DNA of 63,137 bases, counting the filler, from Octopus bimaculoides (Eukaryota), in the NCBI RefSeq assembly GCF_001194135.2. It is 5 parts of 4 records of this genome, joined end to end, with 100 filler letters (N's around TTAATTAATTAA, not from the genome) between each part and the next. Parts side by side here need not be neighbours in the genome. Positions count along the whole stretch, not along the records: positions 7,412 to 33,734 come from NC_069000.1; 4 more parts are not named here. One strand, written 5' to 3'. Made by a program: the position numbers and the translations under genes. Below, piece after piece: positions 10,885-25,399 of the stretch. The first letter of the stretch is position 1, and each line of letters begins with the position of its first letter. Below the pieces are notes generated by a model. That model made no database searches. It saw only the letters and a program-made list of their open reading frames with translations, and had not been told where the DNA came from.

Positions 10885-11536
10885 GCTAAGTCTGACGAAT
10901 CGGGCGTTTTCGGGGGCGATATTATGCTGTCTTTCGCGAGAAATTCACGAGTGAAGAGAGCTCGGTGAGAGGGTGCATTGTAGTCGTGAAGACTCCAGTT
11001 GTTCGCGCTCCACAGATCCGGTCGATTTCGCCGTATGTCCTCCTCCTCAAATACTTCGAAACGTCGCAGCAGAACTTTTGCTTGATGGTGTGATCCTGAC
11101 GAAAGAATTCTCGATGCGAAATACTATATTTCCGAGAGTGATGCTCGTGGCAGATCTTCCAGATTACTCTTCGTCTGCCAAGGGCGTTTTCCTACTCTTT
11201 TGAAGCGCCCGTTCCCCTCGAAACATTGCGTACGACCCATTGCCTCGTAACCGTAAGCTTGCCGAAGAATGTTCAATGTATTTATAGCAGACTTCCCAAG
11301 TTTAACGCAAAATTTCACGTTGGCTCTTTGTTCCTGTCCATGACAAAATCGCAGACTACAGCAAACACGTGATCACAAAAACACAAATTCCGCAACTTGC
11401 ATAGTAAACACAGTGATGTCATTCAGCACACTACCTCATGAAAGTCACTCTAACTCTAACTGCGTACGCAACCATGTGCTGCTATCTGTTGGCGCGCTAC
11501 AGAACAAGTCCGGGAACTTCTTGATACAACAACGTA
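10885..11536 (-). mobile_element. Mariner remnant with 5' TIR
   Basis: KFCVKLGKSAINTLNILRQAYGYEAMGRTQCFE matches the mariner N-terminus; TIR-like tacgttgttgtatcaagaagttcccggact at 11507-11536. Confidence 0.85.
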
Positions 11537-12863
11537 CATATTCCACACTCCCTGGAATAAGGCAAGTGAAATATTCAATATTGCAAAAGCACATTTATCG
11601 TTTAACTGTTTAGATTCCTCTTTTTTTTCTGTTTGTTTGTATTACTTCTTTGCTAATATTCTTGAATATTTACAGTACATATTTTTAGTAAATATTTTAG
11701 TAAATATTTTTAATATATTTAGCACAGAAAACATCTTTAAAATGTACTGTTAATGCATATTTTACAATGCAGCACAAAAATGAAGAAACGTTCCTCATTT
11801 TTTTCACCTTTTCTCCACAAAGTATAAGATACACATAGACACGTGCACACACACATGACCAGTTAGAGAAACCCACGCTCCACACTTATCTATAAACACA
11901 TGTCTATATACATGTACATATATAATTATTCCTATATATACAAACATTCATGCACATATATGTGTGTGTTTGTGCTCATGGGTGCTTGTATGCTTGTTTG
12001 TGGTGTGTGTCTGTGTGTGTGTGTGTATTATTTCTTGTCAAGTACTATATATAGGTTTGCGAGGAAAGCATTCATTCTGTGATTTTATCTCAGAGAACTA
12101 GGTTACGTAGAATTTAACAGATGTTGTGAAAGAAAATGTAGTTAAATATAATAATGATGCGTGTGCGATGAATAGATGGGCTGGTCTCTGTTAGTTTGTG
12201 AGCTTTAATACAAGAGAACAGAATGATATTGAGTGTTTGGCTTTCAGGAATATAAGCAATAAAAGCAGAAATGTTAAGAATGGATAAAAAAAAGATAGAG
12301 AATACGGAATACAACTGTTATGTAGCAGCAATATGGAAAGAGAAATCATAAAAGTAAAACAGAAACAACACACAAAATCTGAGAATTAAAAGGGAGAAAA
12401 ATTGGAAGATAACGAAATAAAGATTTCTAAAAGTAGAGATAAAAAGATTTATATATAAAAAAAAAAATTTAAAGTTTATTTTTGTTAAAAAAAAATATTT
12501 ACAACAATTGAACCTTCAATGTATGAAATTAAGGGAAAAGTGTAATCTGAATAGATGTAGAAAGAAATCCAACGGAAATGAAGAATTTTATGGACATTTC
12601 CCTCCATGGAAGAAAAGATAGTGTTTCCTACACGTAAACATCTGTGAGTCGTAACGTTAGTCTTAAACACCATCTTTAAAGGAGAAGCTGTTAACAGCAT
12701 CTGCCAATTGTGATGAAGTTCAGAATTACCTACTCCCATTTATACCTTTCCTACATTTTCTATCATTACACACAGAAATAATAAACCCTGAATACTGCAA
12801 TACGATCTTGCAATGTTTCATTTCAAAGATACGTTATTGCAATGACTTCAGTGTTTTGAATCT

Positions 12864-12899
<36 letters not shown>

Positions 12900-13690
12900 T
12901 ATAAACTTTGCAATGAATCTTTATCTTCACGAATTTCACCTTCAGAAAGCTAAATATTATTACCTCTACGTACACTAAATGTATATAGCGTGTGTGCGTG
13001 TACCTATACATACATACATAATAGTTGCAACCCGATTTCGAGCAATCACTTGATTGTTCTCTTAAACAGGAGTAGCGCAGATGTAACTTTTCAGTCATTC
13101 CAGGGACGTAGAATCTTTTGAACAGATATGGAAACGATGGGCGGCTCTGGCAGTAGGTGTTCAAAGAGCTTTCTACCTACGCTAACAAATGAATTTTTTT
13201 TTAATATTTTGCCTTTCTTGGATACGGCCTGTCATAATATGCAACATGTAATATACATGTTAAAAAAGAAGCAGTTCTTATCCCTCAAGCCTTTTAAAGT
13301 GGGGAAAAGCTTTTCACAGAACCAATCCCAGTCTCCAAACAACGCAGACATGTTTGTATTCATCTAACAAAACATGGTAAACGAAAGCAAAGCAAGAAAC
13401 TGACATAATTGCAAAATGCTGAAAAGAACTATCCTTACTTCCTCAACTCACTGTGTGCCATAGGCTGCTGTGTTATGAAAAGTTGAACATTTTCCAAGAT
13501 CATATCTCTAGGATAATTGAGGGATGGTCGAAGGAATTCCAATATCCATTCTCCAACAAAACACACCAAGCTGGCTTAATTGTGTTTTGTCGGAGGACGA
13601 TAGATTTGTCCTAAGAGAAGAATTAATCTACATCATTTGATACAAAGTTGCATCTGTTACATCGAGTTTTCCTTCATACATACTCACAAC

Positions 13691-13694
<4 letters not shown>

Positions 13695-13774
<80 letters not shown>

Positions 13775-13790
13775 ATCTCTATCTCTCTCA
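13695..13790. repeat. (TC)n microsatellite
   Basis: Direct reading. Confidence 0.95.
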
Positions 13791-13799
13791 GTGATAATG

Positions 13800-14263
13800 A
13801 ACTGAACTGAACGTAACCAATCTGCATATCTTCTGATTACTCACGGATGGCGATTGGACGATTTCCCCCCACAGCTGCACGCACATCTGCACATTTTTTC
13901 TCAGTTCTGCTGGTTACAGGTCTCCTAGAACCTTTGTCAATCAATACTAACATTTTTTCGTCCATCTTGGAAACGTCTGAACCACTCGTACACTTGTGTG
14001 CGATTCATACACTCCTCTCCATACGTTCTCTGCAACTTTGCGTAGGCCTCCGAGCAGGTATCACCATGTCAGATTTCTCTGTCACACACTACACACCTTC
14101 CTTCCAAGCACAACTGTTTAACAGCGGAAGGGAGCTAGAACGTTAAAACATATTGCGCATGCACAGCAGAATTCAAGGTCAATATTTGCCTAGCTGCTTC
14201 ACTCTGCGTGCTTTAGCTTCATTACTATAGCAACAGTCCGGATACTTACTGAACAGACCTACA
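13800..14263 (-). mobile_element. Mariner remnant (5' part)
   Basis: HGDTCSEAYAKLQRTYGEECMNRTQVYEWFRRFQDGRKNV; TIR-like tgtaggtctgttcagtaagtatccggact. Confidence 0.8.
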
Positions 14264-14337
14264 TGTATATATGTGGGTGGGTGTATGAATACATACATAC
14301 TCACATACACACACATATATGTAAGTTTATATATATT

Positions 14338-14724
14338 CTTTTATTCTTTTTCTTGTTTCAGTCATTTGACTGCGGCCATGATGGAGTACCGCCTTTAGTC
14401 GAACAAATCGACCCGAGGACTTATTCTTTGTGAGCCTAGTACTTATTGTATCGGTCTTTTGCCGAACCGCTAGTTTACAGTGACGTAAACACACCAACAT
14501 CGGTTGTCAAGCAATGGGGGATGGACAAACTCAAACACACACAAATATATAGAAGTACATACGACGGGCTTCTTTCGGTTTCCGTCTATTAAATCCACTC
14601 ACAAGGCTTTGGTCGGCCCGAGGCTACAGTAGCAGACACTTGCCCAAGGTGCCTTGCAGTGGGACTGAACCCGGAACCATGTGGTTGGTAACCAAGCTAC
14701 TTACCACACAGCCACTCCTGCGCC
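14338..14724 (-). mobile_element. SINE family B, full length
   Basis: Complete reverse-complement match to the family B head, centre and tail. Confidence 0.9.
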
Positions 14725-15069
14725 TATGAAAAGATGAAAAGGTGAACACTCATACGAATGTCACCAGAAATACAGTCCCCAATGGTCAATCTCCTGTCAT
14801 AGATTCGAACTTCGAACTTTCATTTGATTGGTGGTATTTTGAACTTATTAGATATATCGGGACCTGCTTGGAATTTTTAGCCTTCCGGAATGTCAAACAT
14901 GAGTGTGTATATGTGTGTATCTGTGTGTGTATGCACACGCGTATCTATGAATAATACGCGTGTGCATGAATAATAAGCGCATGCTTACATGTGTATACAG
15001 GCATGCATTCATATACATATATAGCTAGATTTATATACCTATACACACATACACACACAAACACACACA

Positions 15070-15113
<44 letters not shown>

Positions 15114-15467
15114 CACACACACGTATATATATATATATATATATATANNNNNNNNNNNNNNNNNNNNNNNNNNNNNNNNNNNNNNNNNNNNNNNNNNNNN
15201 NNNNNNNNNNNNNNNNNNNNNNNNNNNNNNNNNNNNNNNNNNNNNNNNNNNNNNNNNNNNNNNNNNNNNNNNNNNNNNNNNNNNNNNNNNNNNNNNNNNN
15301 NNNNNNNNNNNNNNNNNNNNNNNNNNNNNNNNNNNNNNNNNNNNNNNNNNNNNNNNNNNNNNNNNNNNNNNNNNNNNNNNNNNNNNNNNNNNNNNNNNNN
15401 NNNNNNNNNNNNNNNNNNNNNNNNNNNNNNNNNNNNNNNNNNNNNNNNNNNNNNNNNNNNTATACTT

Positions 15468-15469
<2 letters not shown>

Positions 15470-15566
<97 letters not shown>

Positions 15567-15567
15567 T
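15470..15567. repeat. (GATA)n/(GACA)n microsatellite
   Basis: Direct reading. Confidence 0.95.
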
Positions 15568-15676
15568 ATGGTGGTCTAAATGAGGATTTTAACTCTCATT
15601 TCTAGCGGGTAGACACATTAATGAGTCCTTATAATTAATAAATATATATCGAGGTGTTTTTGTGCATATATGTATA

Positions 15677-15708
<32 letters not shown>

Positions 15709-16389
15709 GGCATATATATAAGTATGCACCTATCTATCTATATATGTGTTTGTGCGTGTGTGTGTGTGTGTGCATGTAGTCATGCATACATGTATGCATA
15801 GTACATATGTCTTAATGCGTTCTTTGCAAATTACTGTGTAATATATATATAATAATAATACGTATCTTTTTATGTGTCTCTGTTTGCGCATTACCACAGC
15901 GTCCAAGCATTACGTTATGATTCTCGGCATGTACAGGTATTTTTAAGTATGTGTGCAATATATTTACATAAAAAATCATGAATTATATATAAGATGGCGC
16001 ATATATAAATGTATATTTCATACAGCTTATTTTAGCTATGCACACCTCGTGAATAAAGGTATGTAAATGGTGGAGTATTTGGATATATATTTCTCAATAT
16101 ATGCATATATTTCCAGACGAATATATACATTGTTCACGTACATATATTAAACAGCAATTTTCGAATGCCATTATTTTGATTTGCATAATAAGCGGATGTT
16201 ATCACTATAAGATACTGTCTTTCGGATTTTCTTATTTCTAACAACCACCAGAGGACGAAACTTCGCTGTAGAGTACCACTAACGACGAAACATGCCCGGA
16301 ACTATCACCGTGAATGCCATAGATCAAGCTCACCACGTTTTTAAGCACAATGAACATTTACTTGGAAGGCTGAATATTTGCAAGCTACC

Positions 16390-16858
16390 GGAAGTTGGAG
16401 GGATTGGAGGGTCTATCCGAGCGGGAAGGAAATTTGAGCTAATTTTCGTGGAAAACCAGTTGGATGGACCGAAATATTGTGATATATTAGAAAAGAGACT
16501 GCTTCCGGTTTACGACACCGATAAAAAGAATAAGAATACTTCTCTTTTTTACAAGAAATTGGAGCACCATGTCATATAAGCAAATTTTCAAATGTCTAGA
16601 AAGAAACGCATGGCATCAAGTTTCTCTGGTGGGTAACTCAGAGCTCCGACTGGAACTTCATCGAGCGTGTCTGAGAATACTTTGACAGACAAATTCGAGC
16701 TAATTCTGCCAAAGTTTCGTCCGTGGCAGCCCTCAAAAGCACTCTCTTGGAGACATGGAAGAACATGAATCAACCTATGGTCGCTAACTTAGTCAAAACC
16801 TTCAAAGACTATGCAAAAGCTGTGAAACTTGTGAAAGGAGGCTCTACCAAGTATTTGT
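16390..16858 (+). mobile_element. Tc1-like transposase remnant
   Basis: ELIFVENQLDGPKYCDILEKRLLP...QEIGAPCH...SSDWNFIERV...AKAVKLVKGGSTKY, degenerate versions of the Tc1 motifs QQDNAPCH, SPDLNPIEN and GG.TKY. Confidence 0.8.
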
Positions 16859-16956
16859 GAACATTTTCAGACAATTCTGTTGGGTGTTTCTTGAGTTATT
16901 AAACTTTGAATATGATTACTGTTTTAATTCCTTGGTTAAAAAAATTAGCATAGGCC

Positions 16957-16999
<43 letters not shown>

Positions 17000-18580
17000 A
17001 TATATATACATATATATATATATATNNNNNNNNNNNNNNNNNNNNNNNNNNNNNNNNNNNNNNNNNNNNNNNNNNNNNNNNNNNNNNNNNNNNNNNNNNN
17101 NNNNNNNNNNNNNNNNNNNNNNNNNNNNNNNNNNNNNNNNNNNNNNNNNNNNNNNNNNNNNNNNNNNNNNNNNNNNNNNNNNNNNNNNNNNNNNNNNNNN
17201 NNNNNNNNNNNNNNNNNNNNNNNNNNNNNNNNNNNNNNNNNNNNNNNNNNNNNNNNNNNNNNNNNNNNNNNNNNNNNNNNNNNNNNNNNNNNNNNNNNNN
17301 NNNNNNNNNNNNNNNNNNNNNNNNNNNNNNNNNNNNNNNNNNNNNNNNNNNNNNNNNNNNNNNNNNNNNNNNNNNNNNNNNNNNNNNNNNNNNNNNNNNN
17401 NNNNNNNNNNNNNNNNNNNNNNNNNNNNNNNNNNNNNNNNNNNNNNNNNNNNNNNNNNNNNNNNNNNNNNNNNNNNNNNNNNNNNNNNNNNNNNNNNNNN
17501 NNNNNNNNNNNNNNNNNNNNNNNNNNNNNNNNNNNNNNNNNNNNNNNNNNNNNNNNNNNNNNNNNNNNNNNNNNNNNNAATAATTGGCTTCAAGTAACTT
17601 GGTTAGCTCACGCTGTCAGTTTAAGTTGTAAATAGCTACCAGAACGTCAGATATCGTTGCATGTGATAATACTGTATCCTCTCTAGGGAAAGATACGCCT
17701 CACTTCTACTTAACACCGGAGAAAATGTATCTAAAAACAAAAAAAATAAATAGAATATTCCAGGAGCGAAGAAACAGGAAAGTTTATGCCTTTTTTTTTT
17801 TTTTTTTCAAGATGGATGTTGTGTAGCTGTAATATCTATCTTGTTTTTAATGATAGATATCGTATACGTTGCAATATCTATCGAATTTTTCTTATCCCCC
17901 AGAAAGTTCTAAGCTAATCTACTTTTATTACTGATATCCTGTATAACGTATATCAAATGTTTATCCTTTTGATATGTTTAAGTAGCCAGAGATACGCGTA
18001 TATTTGTTATACGTGTAGTAAATATTTATGTATTTGACCTTTCACCCGTAGCGGATTTGTATATTTCAATGAAATTCAATCGTTAAATATATTAATATTT
18101 TGACAAGGAAATATTAATGCAGCGACTTTTCGCCTAAGTTATTGATTTGGTATGAAGTATAAATTAGTAGAATGCTTCATTGAGTAGAGTCTACAAGTTC
18201 ATGGTAGTAGGTGATATAATGTATCAGCGCCACGAATTACTAAGTTTTTGAAGTTGCACTACATCCAGAGTTTGGTAGACAGCGTACTATAAATGTGCAA
18301 GCTCCGTAAAGAGGTGGGAAGGCGAGTTTGAAATATAGATTCAATTTCTGGTTTAGCCATTTCCCATCAGTTATTGTTGAAACACGTGAGTTTAATCCTT
18401 AAATGAATATAGAGAAGAAATAGGAATACGTCAAGCGAATCAGATTTTTCCCTCGATGCACTACGTATCAATATAGTCATCGTTGTTAAGACCACTTAAC
18501 ATCTTACATGTTAAGAGGCGTTTATAATTATTTTGAACTACGCATGGATCTGCAATACCACCTAAATATTAGTTTCAAAT

Positions 18581-18760
18581 ATTGGCACAAGGCCAGCAAT
18601 TTCGAGGGAGCGGGTAAGTCCACCCTAGTACTCAATTGGTAACTTATGTTATCGACCCCGGAAGGTTGAAAGGTGGTGTTTGAACTCAGAACGTAAATAC
18701 GGACGAAATACAACCAAGCATTTTTCCCGGCGTGCTAACGATTCTGCCAGCTGGCCGCGA
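18581..18760 (-). mobile_element. SINE family A
   Basis: Reverse complement of the family A body. Confidence 0.8.
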
Positions 18761-18825
18761 AATACTGGCGAAATACTTAAAAAAAGAAGAAAAATAACAG
18801 AAAGAAAAAATAATCCTTTCTACTA

Positions 18826-18960
18826 TAAGCACAAGGCCAGCAATTTGGGGGAAGAGGATAGTCGCTTACATTGATTCCAGTACTCAACTGGTACTTATTT
18901 TATCGAGCCCGAAGGGTTGAAAGGCAAAGTCGACCTCGGTGGCGTTTGAACTCAGAATGT
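18826..18960 (-). mobile_element. SINE family A (3' part), in tandem with the previous copy
   Basis: cacaaggccagc..cagtactcaactggtacttattttatcga..aaaggcaaagtcgacc. Confidence 0.8.
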
Positions 18961-19632
18961 AAACTTCTCAGTTTCCAGAACTCTAAAGACTCGAACGTCT
19001 GCTGTTTCCAAGAAGGGCAAATACAGGGACAGAACACAATCACAAATCCCCAGTATCCAACAACACTCACTTAAGAAACATCACACACGATTACACAGGT
19101 ACATAGTTATATATTGTCCATGTACGTATAATGTTTCATACATGCGGTTACAATTTCACTTCGTTTCAACGTAGTGTCTTCTGGAAATAAAAGAAAAGAC
19201 AATCCTAAACGTCAGCACGCAACTTTGAATCTCTCTCTTCAACAAAGTTGGAGTAATCATATATTGATAAAAATTTACAAAGAGACGTCGACGCAATTTA
19301 AAACTCTTCTCTGAGATAAATAGGTTTAAATTGTTTGTATATGTAGACATTAGTGAGCGATGTGACTGTTTGGTGTGCGTGTGAAGGCAAAAATAGGTCA
19401 GCAGTTAAAATACCGGACTTATTACCTAATGGTTTGTGAGATCAAATGCGTGATGCTCAATATTGGAGAGCTAGTCATGTGATACTGTATGCAGGAATGA
19501 GCTGGAATCATAGAAAAAAGATGGTGCTGGAGCAATGAACGTGATTATAGTGATGGTTGTAGATAAGTGTTGTGTTGTTATGGTTGCGTTGACAGCGGGA
19601 TGCCGTAAGGAAAATTGCGAGTGGTTCTAAGT

Positions 19633-19634
19633 GA

Positions 19635-19701
<67 letters not shown>

Positions 19702-19734
19702 TGCAGCAGCAGCAGCAGCAGCAGTAGCAGCTGC

Positions 19735-19784
<50 letters not shown>

Positions 19785-20010
19785 TAGTTGTAGTAGTAGT
19801 AGTAGTAGTAGTAGTAGTTGTTGTTGTGGATGTGATGAGATTAGTTTAATTGCAGTACCACGGCAATATAGGAAATAGTGGCGTGAGTAGAAGTATTAGT
19901 AGCAATGAAAGCGGGAATGTTCTTGCTGCTGCTGCTGCTGATGATGATGATGACAACAACGACGGTGGTGGTGATGGTGATGGTGGTGATGGTAGTGGTC
20001 TTGATGGTGG
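19633..20010. repeat. Compound trinucleotide repeats (TAG)/(CAG)/(GAT)/(GGT)
   Basis: Direct reading. Confidence 0.95.
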
Positions 20011-20304
20011 TGTTAATGAGTCAAGTGACACGAGAGTCGTGTAGATAGCGATACGGTAAGATGGCTGCTTATTTGGAAGACAGGAGCATTAAATGTTTGT
20101 CAGTCATGAAACTAAACACTAAATAGAAATTGGTTATCATTTTGTAAACCTGTCCATGTAAGAATGAGAACAAATGGCCATGTCAGGTTCTCGAATGGGA
20201 AATAAATAAATTAGCAGCGTGAGACGAGAGACGAAGCAACAGGTTTTGGTAGATCAGTTCATTGCTGCGGTAGATTTCGGATGTTTGTCCATCAGTCCCT
20301 TGGT

Positions 20305-20320
20305 CTATCTATCTATCTAA

Positions 20321-20370
<50 letters not shown>

Positions 20371-20521
20371 GTTTGTCTGTTTGTCTGTCTGTCTACCTAT
20401 CTATCTATTCATCTATTTAGCTAACAATTTATCCATTTATTGTTCCATCTATCTCTCAGTCTACTTAGATATGTATGTACGTGTGTGTGTATGTATATGT
20501 ATATGTATATGTAGATTGGTT

Positions 20522-20583
<62 letters not shown>

Positions 20584-20585
20584 AT
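20305..20585. repeat. (CTAT)n and (GATA)n tracts in opposite orientation
   Basis: Direct reading. Confidence 0.9.
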
Positions 20586-20712
20586 ATATCTATGTATATA
20601 TATACACACACACATATGCATACGCATCTACATTTTATAAATTCATGCGATGTGTAATCCATTACATACTTGCTCAGTGTGCATATGTGTGTGAGTTTGT
20701 GTGTGTGTGTGT

Positions 20713-20750
<38 letters not shown>

Positions 20751-22390
20751 ATGCGAATGAAACAAAGATATCTGTATTAGCTACACGCATAAACACACCC
20801 TTATAAATATACACAGCAACACGAAATGCATATAAGCATACACTCACACACACACATAAATACATATATACATACATATGCGCGCGCGACGTATGTGAAT
20901 GCGTGCGCGCATGTATGTATGTGTGTGTACGTGCGCACACCTATACACACAACTGAAAAGCAGACGTAGTATTATGAATATTTCTATTCGCCTCAAATAT
21001 GTTGACCGCTGAAGCAAAGCCAACTAAAGTCAATTAGTTTTGCTAGCGATGTATTGACATTTCTTCGTTTCTCTTTTTTCAGCAAGAAACACGTTCTTCA
21101 CTTGTGCACTTTATATCAAAATTATATCCCCAAAATTACATGCTATCACGCTATAGTAATCTCCAGCATTATTTTCTATCAAACTACAACTTTTCTCTTG
21201 CAGAAATTGTTTATAAAACAGAGGCTTATAATTTTTTCGATATGATTATATATGCTAAAAGTATAATTATCTCATATTAACTATAAATTATATAGATTTT
21301 TATAATTTGGATATCCTTAAAGAGGGCGCTGGCGCATTCTGAAGTAATATAATGTACTGAAGATTAGGAGAGATGTAACGATTTGCACCAAATGAAATTA
21401 TAATCTTTACGAAATATAGATGCGTCTTACTCTAGTACTCTAATCCCAGGTGAACCATGGTCAATAGTACTAACGTCAAGAGTTCTATCACTATCTCGTT
21501 TTATTTTCAGACAAGCGATCTTAGATCTTAATTCAACATGAAACAACTAGCAAGAGAGAGTTACCGTTGCATTGTAAAGATAATGGAAATTGGCGCACGG
21601 GTTTGTCGCTGCGTGAATCATGGGTCGCAAACTAATAGTGATGATGAAACGCTTGTCAGAAACAGCTGAGAAGAGCTCAATGTGGTTATGAGCGAAAGGG
21701 TATGATAGATGGCACTGAAAAATAAATACAGCAAAACACTAAACATAGGAGGAAGAGAACCTTCTTTGTGATAGTGCAAGTACGTGTGGTTGTCTTTGTG
21801 AACGTGCAATAAGCTCATTCAAAGGCACAGAGTTCAACTTCCAACTAAAGATGGCATTAAAATAATAGCAGGAGGGCGTCTAGGAGTCACTGCCTAGTTG
21901 GGTACGGTTCTATTGAAATAATATTCTAAGTGACACAAAGTATATGATGAACTGACAACTGACGCTGCCATATAAGTATCAATCTGTTGTTAGCTATTAT
22001 GACTGGAATGTTCTAGAAATATATCTGATATATATCTGAAACCTAGTTTTTTTTTATTTTATTTCTCTCAACCTCTCTTGTCGGTTGCAGCTTGATAAAA
22101 GTATCCGCTCGAACCAGACATGGTTTTTAAGTTTCTTAGTGAAACGAAGAAAACGCACTCGTTGGATGTGTAAACGCAGAATTGTTATCTTTAGTTACAG
22201 ATATATTAAAAGTATTCGACATTTACAGACATGTCTTTTCTTGTAGTACTAAATTGTATCCAAGCAAATGACGAAAGTATATGAAAAATTATAGAAGAGA
22301 AGACACAGTTTAATAAATATCTTAGTTTTCCGTTTCTGTTTTATCACGAAAGGATGTAACTAGCAATACAAAATACACCGAGCTGGCATA

Positions 22391-22628
22391 TAAAGCGGCG
22401 AGCTGGCAGAGTCGTAACCACGCTGGATGAAGTGCTTAGCAGTTTCTGGGTTTGTGTATCTTCCTCTAGCCGCTTGACAACCGGTGTTGATTTGTTTATT
22501 CGGCAAAGGAGACCGGTAGGACAAGTAGTAAACTTCAGATAATAAGTATTGAGGTCGATTTGTTTGACTAAGCCCTTCAAGGCGGTGTCCCAAACACGGG
22601 TACGAGCGAACGACTGAAACAAGTAACA
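22391..22628 (+). mobile_element. Chimeric SINE: family A head plus family B 3' half
   Basis: gcggcgagctggcagagtcgtaaccacgctggatgaagtgcttagc (A head) followed by gcttgacaaccggtg..ttcggcaaaggagaccg..aaggcggtg..gactgaaacaagtaa (B tail). Confidence 0.6.
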
Positions 22629-22644
22629 GTTAAATATACTTGAT

Positions 22645-22762
22645 TAGTACTTATTTTATCGACCCTGAAAAGATAAAATGCAGAGCCGATTTCAGCGGGG
22701 ACGAAATACCGTTATGAACTTCGTTCGGCGCGTTAACGATTCTGCCTGCTCGCCGCCTTTCT
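22645..22762 (-). mobile_element. SINE family A (internally deleted)
   Basis: gtacttattttatcgaccctgaaa...aacgattctgcctgctcgccgcct. Confidence 0.7.
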
Positions 22763-24277
22763 CATCCATATGAATGAGTAGACAAATTAATGTTTGCAAT
22801 AGTTAACCCTATTGTTAGAATTCTTGACGCTTCAAATACTTCGTTACTTTGGAAGAAACGGCAAAAGAAAAAAAAAACTTGAATAACTATAAGAAACCTT
22901 TACGTTTGAGCAACATTATTTCACAAAAGAAATTATATCTTTTCCTCCATATTAATGAGTGACAAAATTAGTGTTTGAACCCATATAATTATTTCTTCGC
23001 TAGGGTTTTGATATTCTAAAATAGTTTAAAACCATATTAATATTGTTAAACAAGGCATTTTGTTTGCTCCCTTTTCAGTCATCACAAGCAACCCCTGAGG
23101 TCCATGTATGAATAACACTGCTTTAAATGACAGCGAATCGATTGGGCAATCGTGTTCCGAATCTTAATCATTAATTAACCCCTTCATTTAACTCACCAAT
23201 GCACGTGTCAATGGCTTACAAGTTAAAACACTATGTTATCCTCTTATCAATTCAAATAAATGAATCACTCATTGATGAAAATGAAAATTTAATCACCAAA
23301 CACAATTTATGGATATATAACTCATATAAAGATTTCTCTTTCATGCAAATGTTTAGCAAAATAATTTTGTTCCCGTAGCTTATAAACCATAAATTAATCC
23401 TCCATAACATCTTTATACATGCTATTTTATTGTTAGCAACGTTCACCCACCTTTGGTAACAAGCTTTCGAATTCTCTGTACACAATAATTTCACTTCCCC
23501 ACGTGATTTGTTTGCACTGTTTTATTTCCTTTAAGTACGCACCATTTTCTAGTTCTTGTATACTCTGTTTAATATATTTATTGTTTCTTGCTGCTGTAAA
23601 AGCTTTTATGTATGTTCCAAATTCATCATCGCCACTACCATCTACCTCCCCGATACTATATTTATAAAATCGCCACCACTCTTCTCATTAATGTTCGAAT
23701 GCAAACAAATTGTAAACTCGAGAAGTGTTGAAAAAAATTCTCTGATTTAGTGCAAGCTTAATATTTAAATGTTCAAAAATATTTCATGAATTAATTTTAA
23801 ATTTTCAAAAAGTAGCTACAATAAAATATAAGTTAAAAATATATATATAATTAGGCATATTTGAATTATTCATCTTCTATTTTTGCTAAGTTTTCGATAA
23901 TTCATTGTTTTTCTTAAGATTCATAACTTATTCAAATGTACAAGAGGTCTCTTTCTTATTGTTTGAAGAACAAGCTAATTATATATTCACAGGCTCTGGT
24001 CAGCTAATTTTTATACAGTTTCACTTGTCAGCCAGTTCTTATTCGGTCGTCTAGAACTGCCAACTTTACTTGCGTTGAACTAATCAACCAATTTTTATGC
24101 ATATATCTGGTCAGTGAATTCCATTAACTAGTATTGATAGGCCGATTATTAATGGCTGTAACAACTGATCAACATATAGTATGTGGGTAACACTGGTCAG
24201 TCGTACTTAGATCGATATTAGCTAAAAGATTATTGACTTCATAATCCGACCCTGCTCACCGGCGGCTGCGGCTGGGA

Positions 24278-24335
<58 letters not shown>

Positions 24336-25399
24336 AGACAGACAGACAGACAGATAGATAGACAGACAGACAGACAGGCAAGCAGACAGAGGGAAGGGGA
24401 GAGGGAGAGTGTTCCTAGGTCTCCTGATCATGACCCGGAAATGAAGACAATACGATTTATCTAAAGTCACCAAATTTGCGTCGGTGCTGCCTTGTGCCGT
24501 GGTGACCCTTTGAAGTTGCCAGCCTTCGTTGTTTGTTACTATTTCAATTTATGAGCCTTCTACGTAGGAAGCATTTAAGTGGCATTTACTATCGAATATG
24601 TTTTAGCCAGATGCTTTGGCTTAAAGCCTTATCCTTTGCATTTTCTACAGTACTGAATTCGCGGATTTTTTCATGGTCTTTCGCACATCCAGTATACAAA
24701 ATAACACTTTCAGTTTTATATTTAGTAGATTCGACTACGCTGCAAACGTTCGGGCCAACTTTGAGGTTGAATATATATAGTCCTCTTACTTATTTCAGAG
24801 GTCATAGAAAGGTTAATAAGTTCTGGCTTTTTCCTCTTGTTAAATATTGAAAATGAAATTCTCAGAGTATGTATTAACGTACTGTATTACTGCTGGATAT
24901 GATTCTTGTGAATTTCACAGCTCTGCGTCTAACCTGATTCTTGATACAGGTTGAGGTTAACAGAGTATTCTAATTATTCTAAACAATGCGACTCACACAC
25001 CCACATACATGTACATACATACATATACATACATATATACATAGATACCGATAATAGAGCGATAAATTACAGTAAATAATTGTATGTAATAAAAGGAGAT
25101 AACAGTAAATGGCACTGGTGTATCGCTGATAGCTGTCACAAAAAAACTATTAGAATATTTTAAATATTTTTTCAACACATTCATCTAGTTTCTCTTGGGC
25201 GAGATGACAGAACTTGGTTAAATAATACAACGTTTGATAACATACATTAAATTGAATAATGTGCGTTTATATTTCCGACATAATCTTTAAAATATTTGGT
25301 TGATTTTTCTGTGTTGTTTTACATGAACACACATTTGCTAACGCATACCATGCCCTTCAGGGACACTGAGTCACATGTTCAAGCTTTTGATTGTGTATA

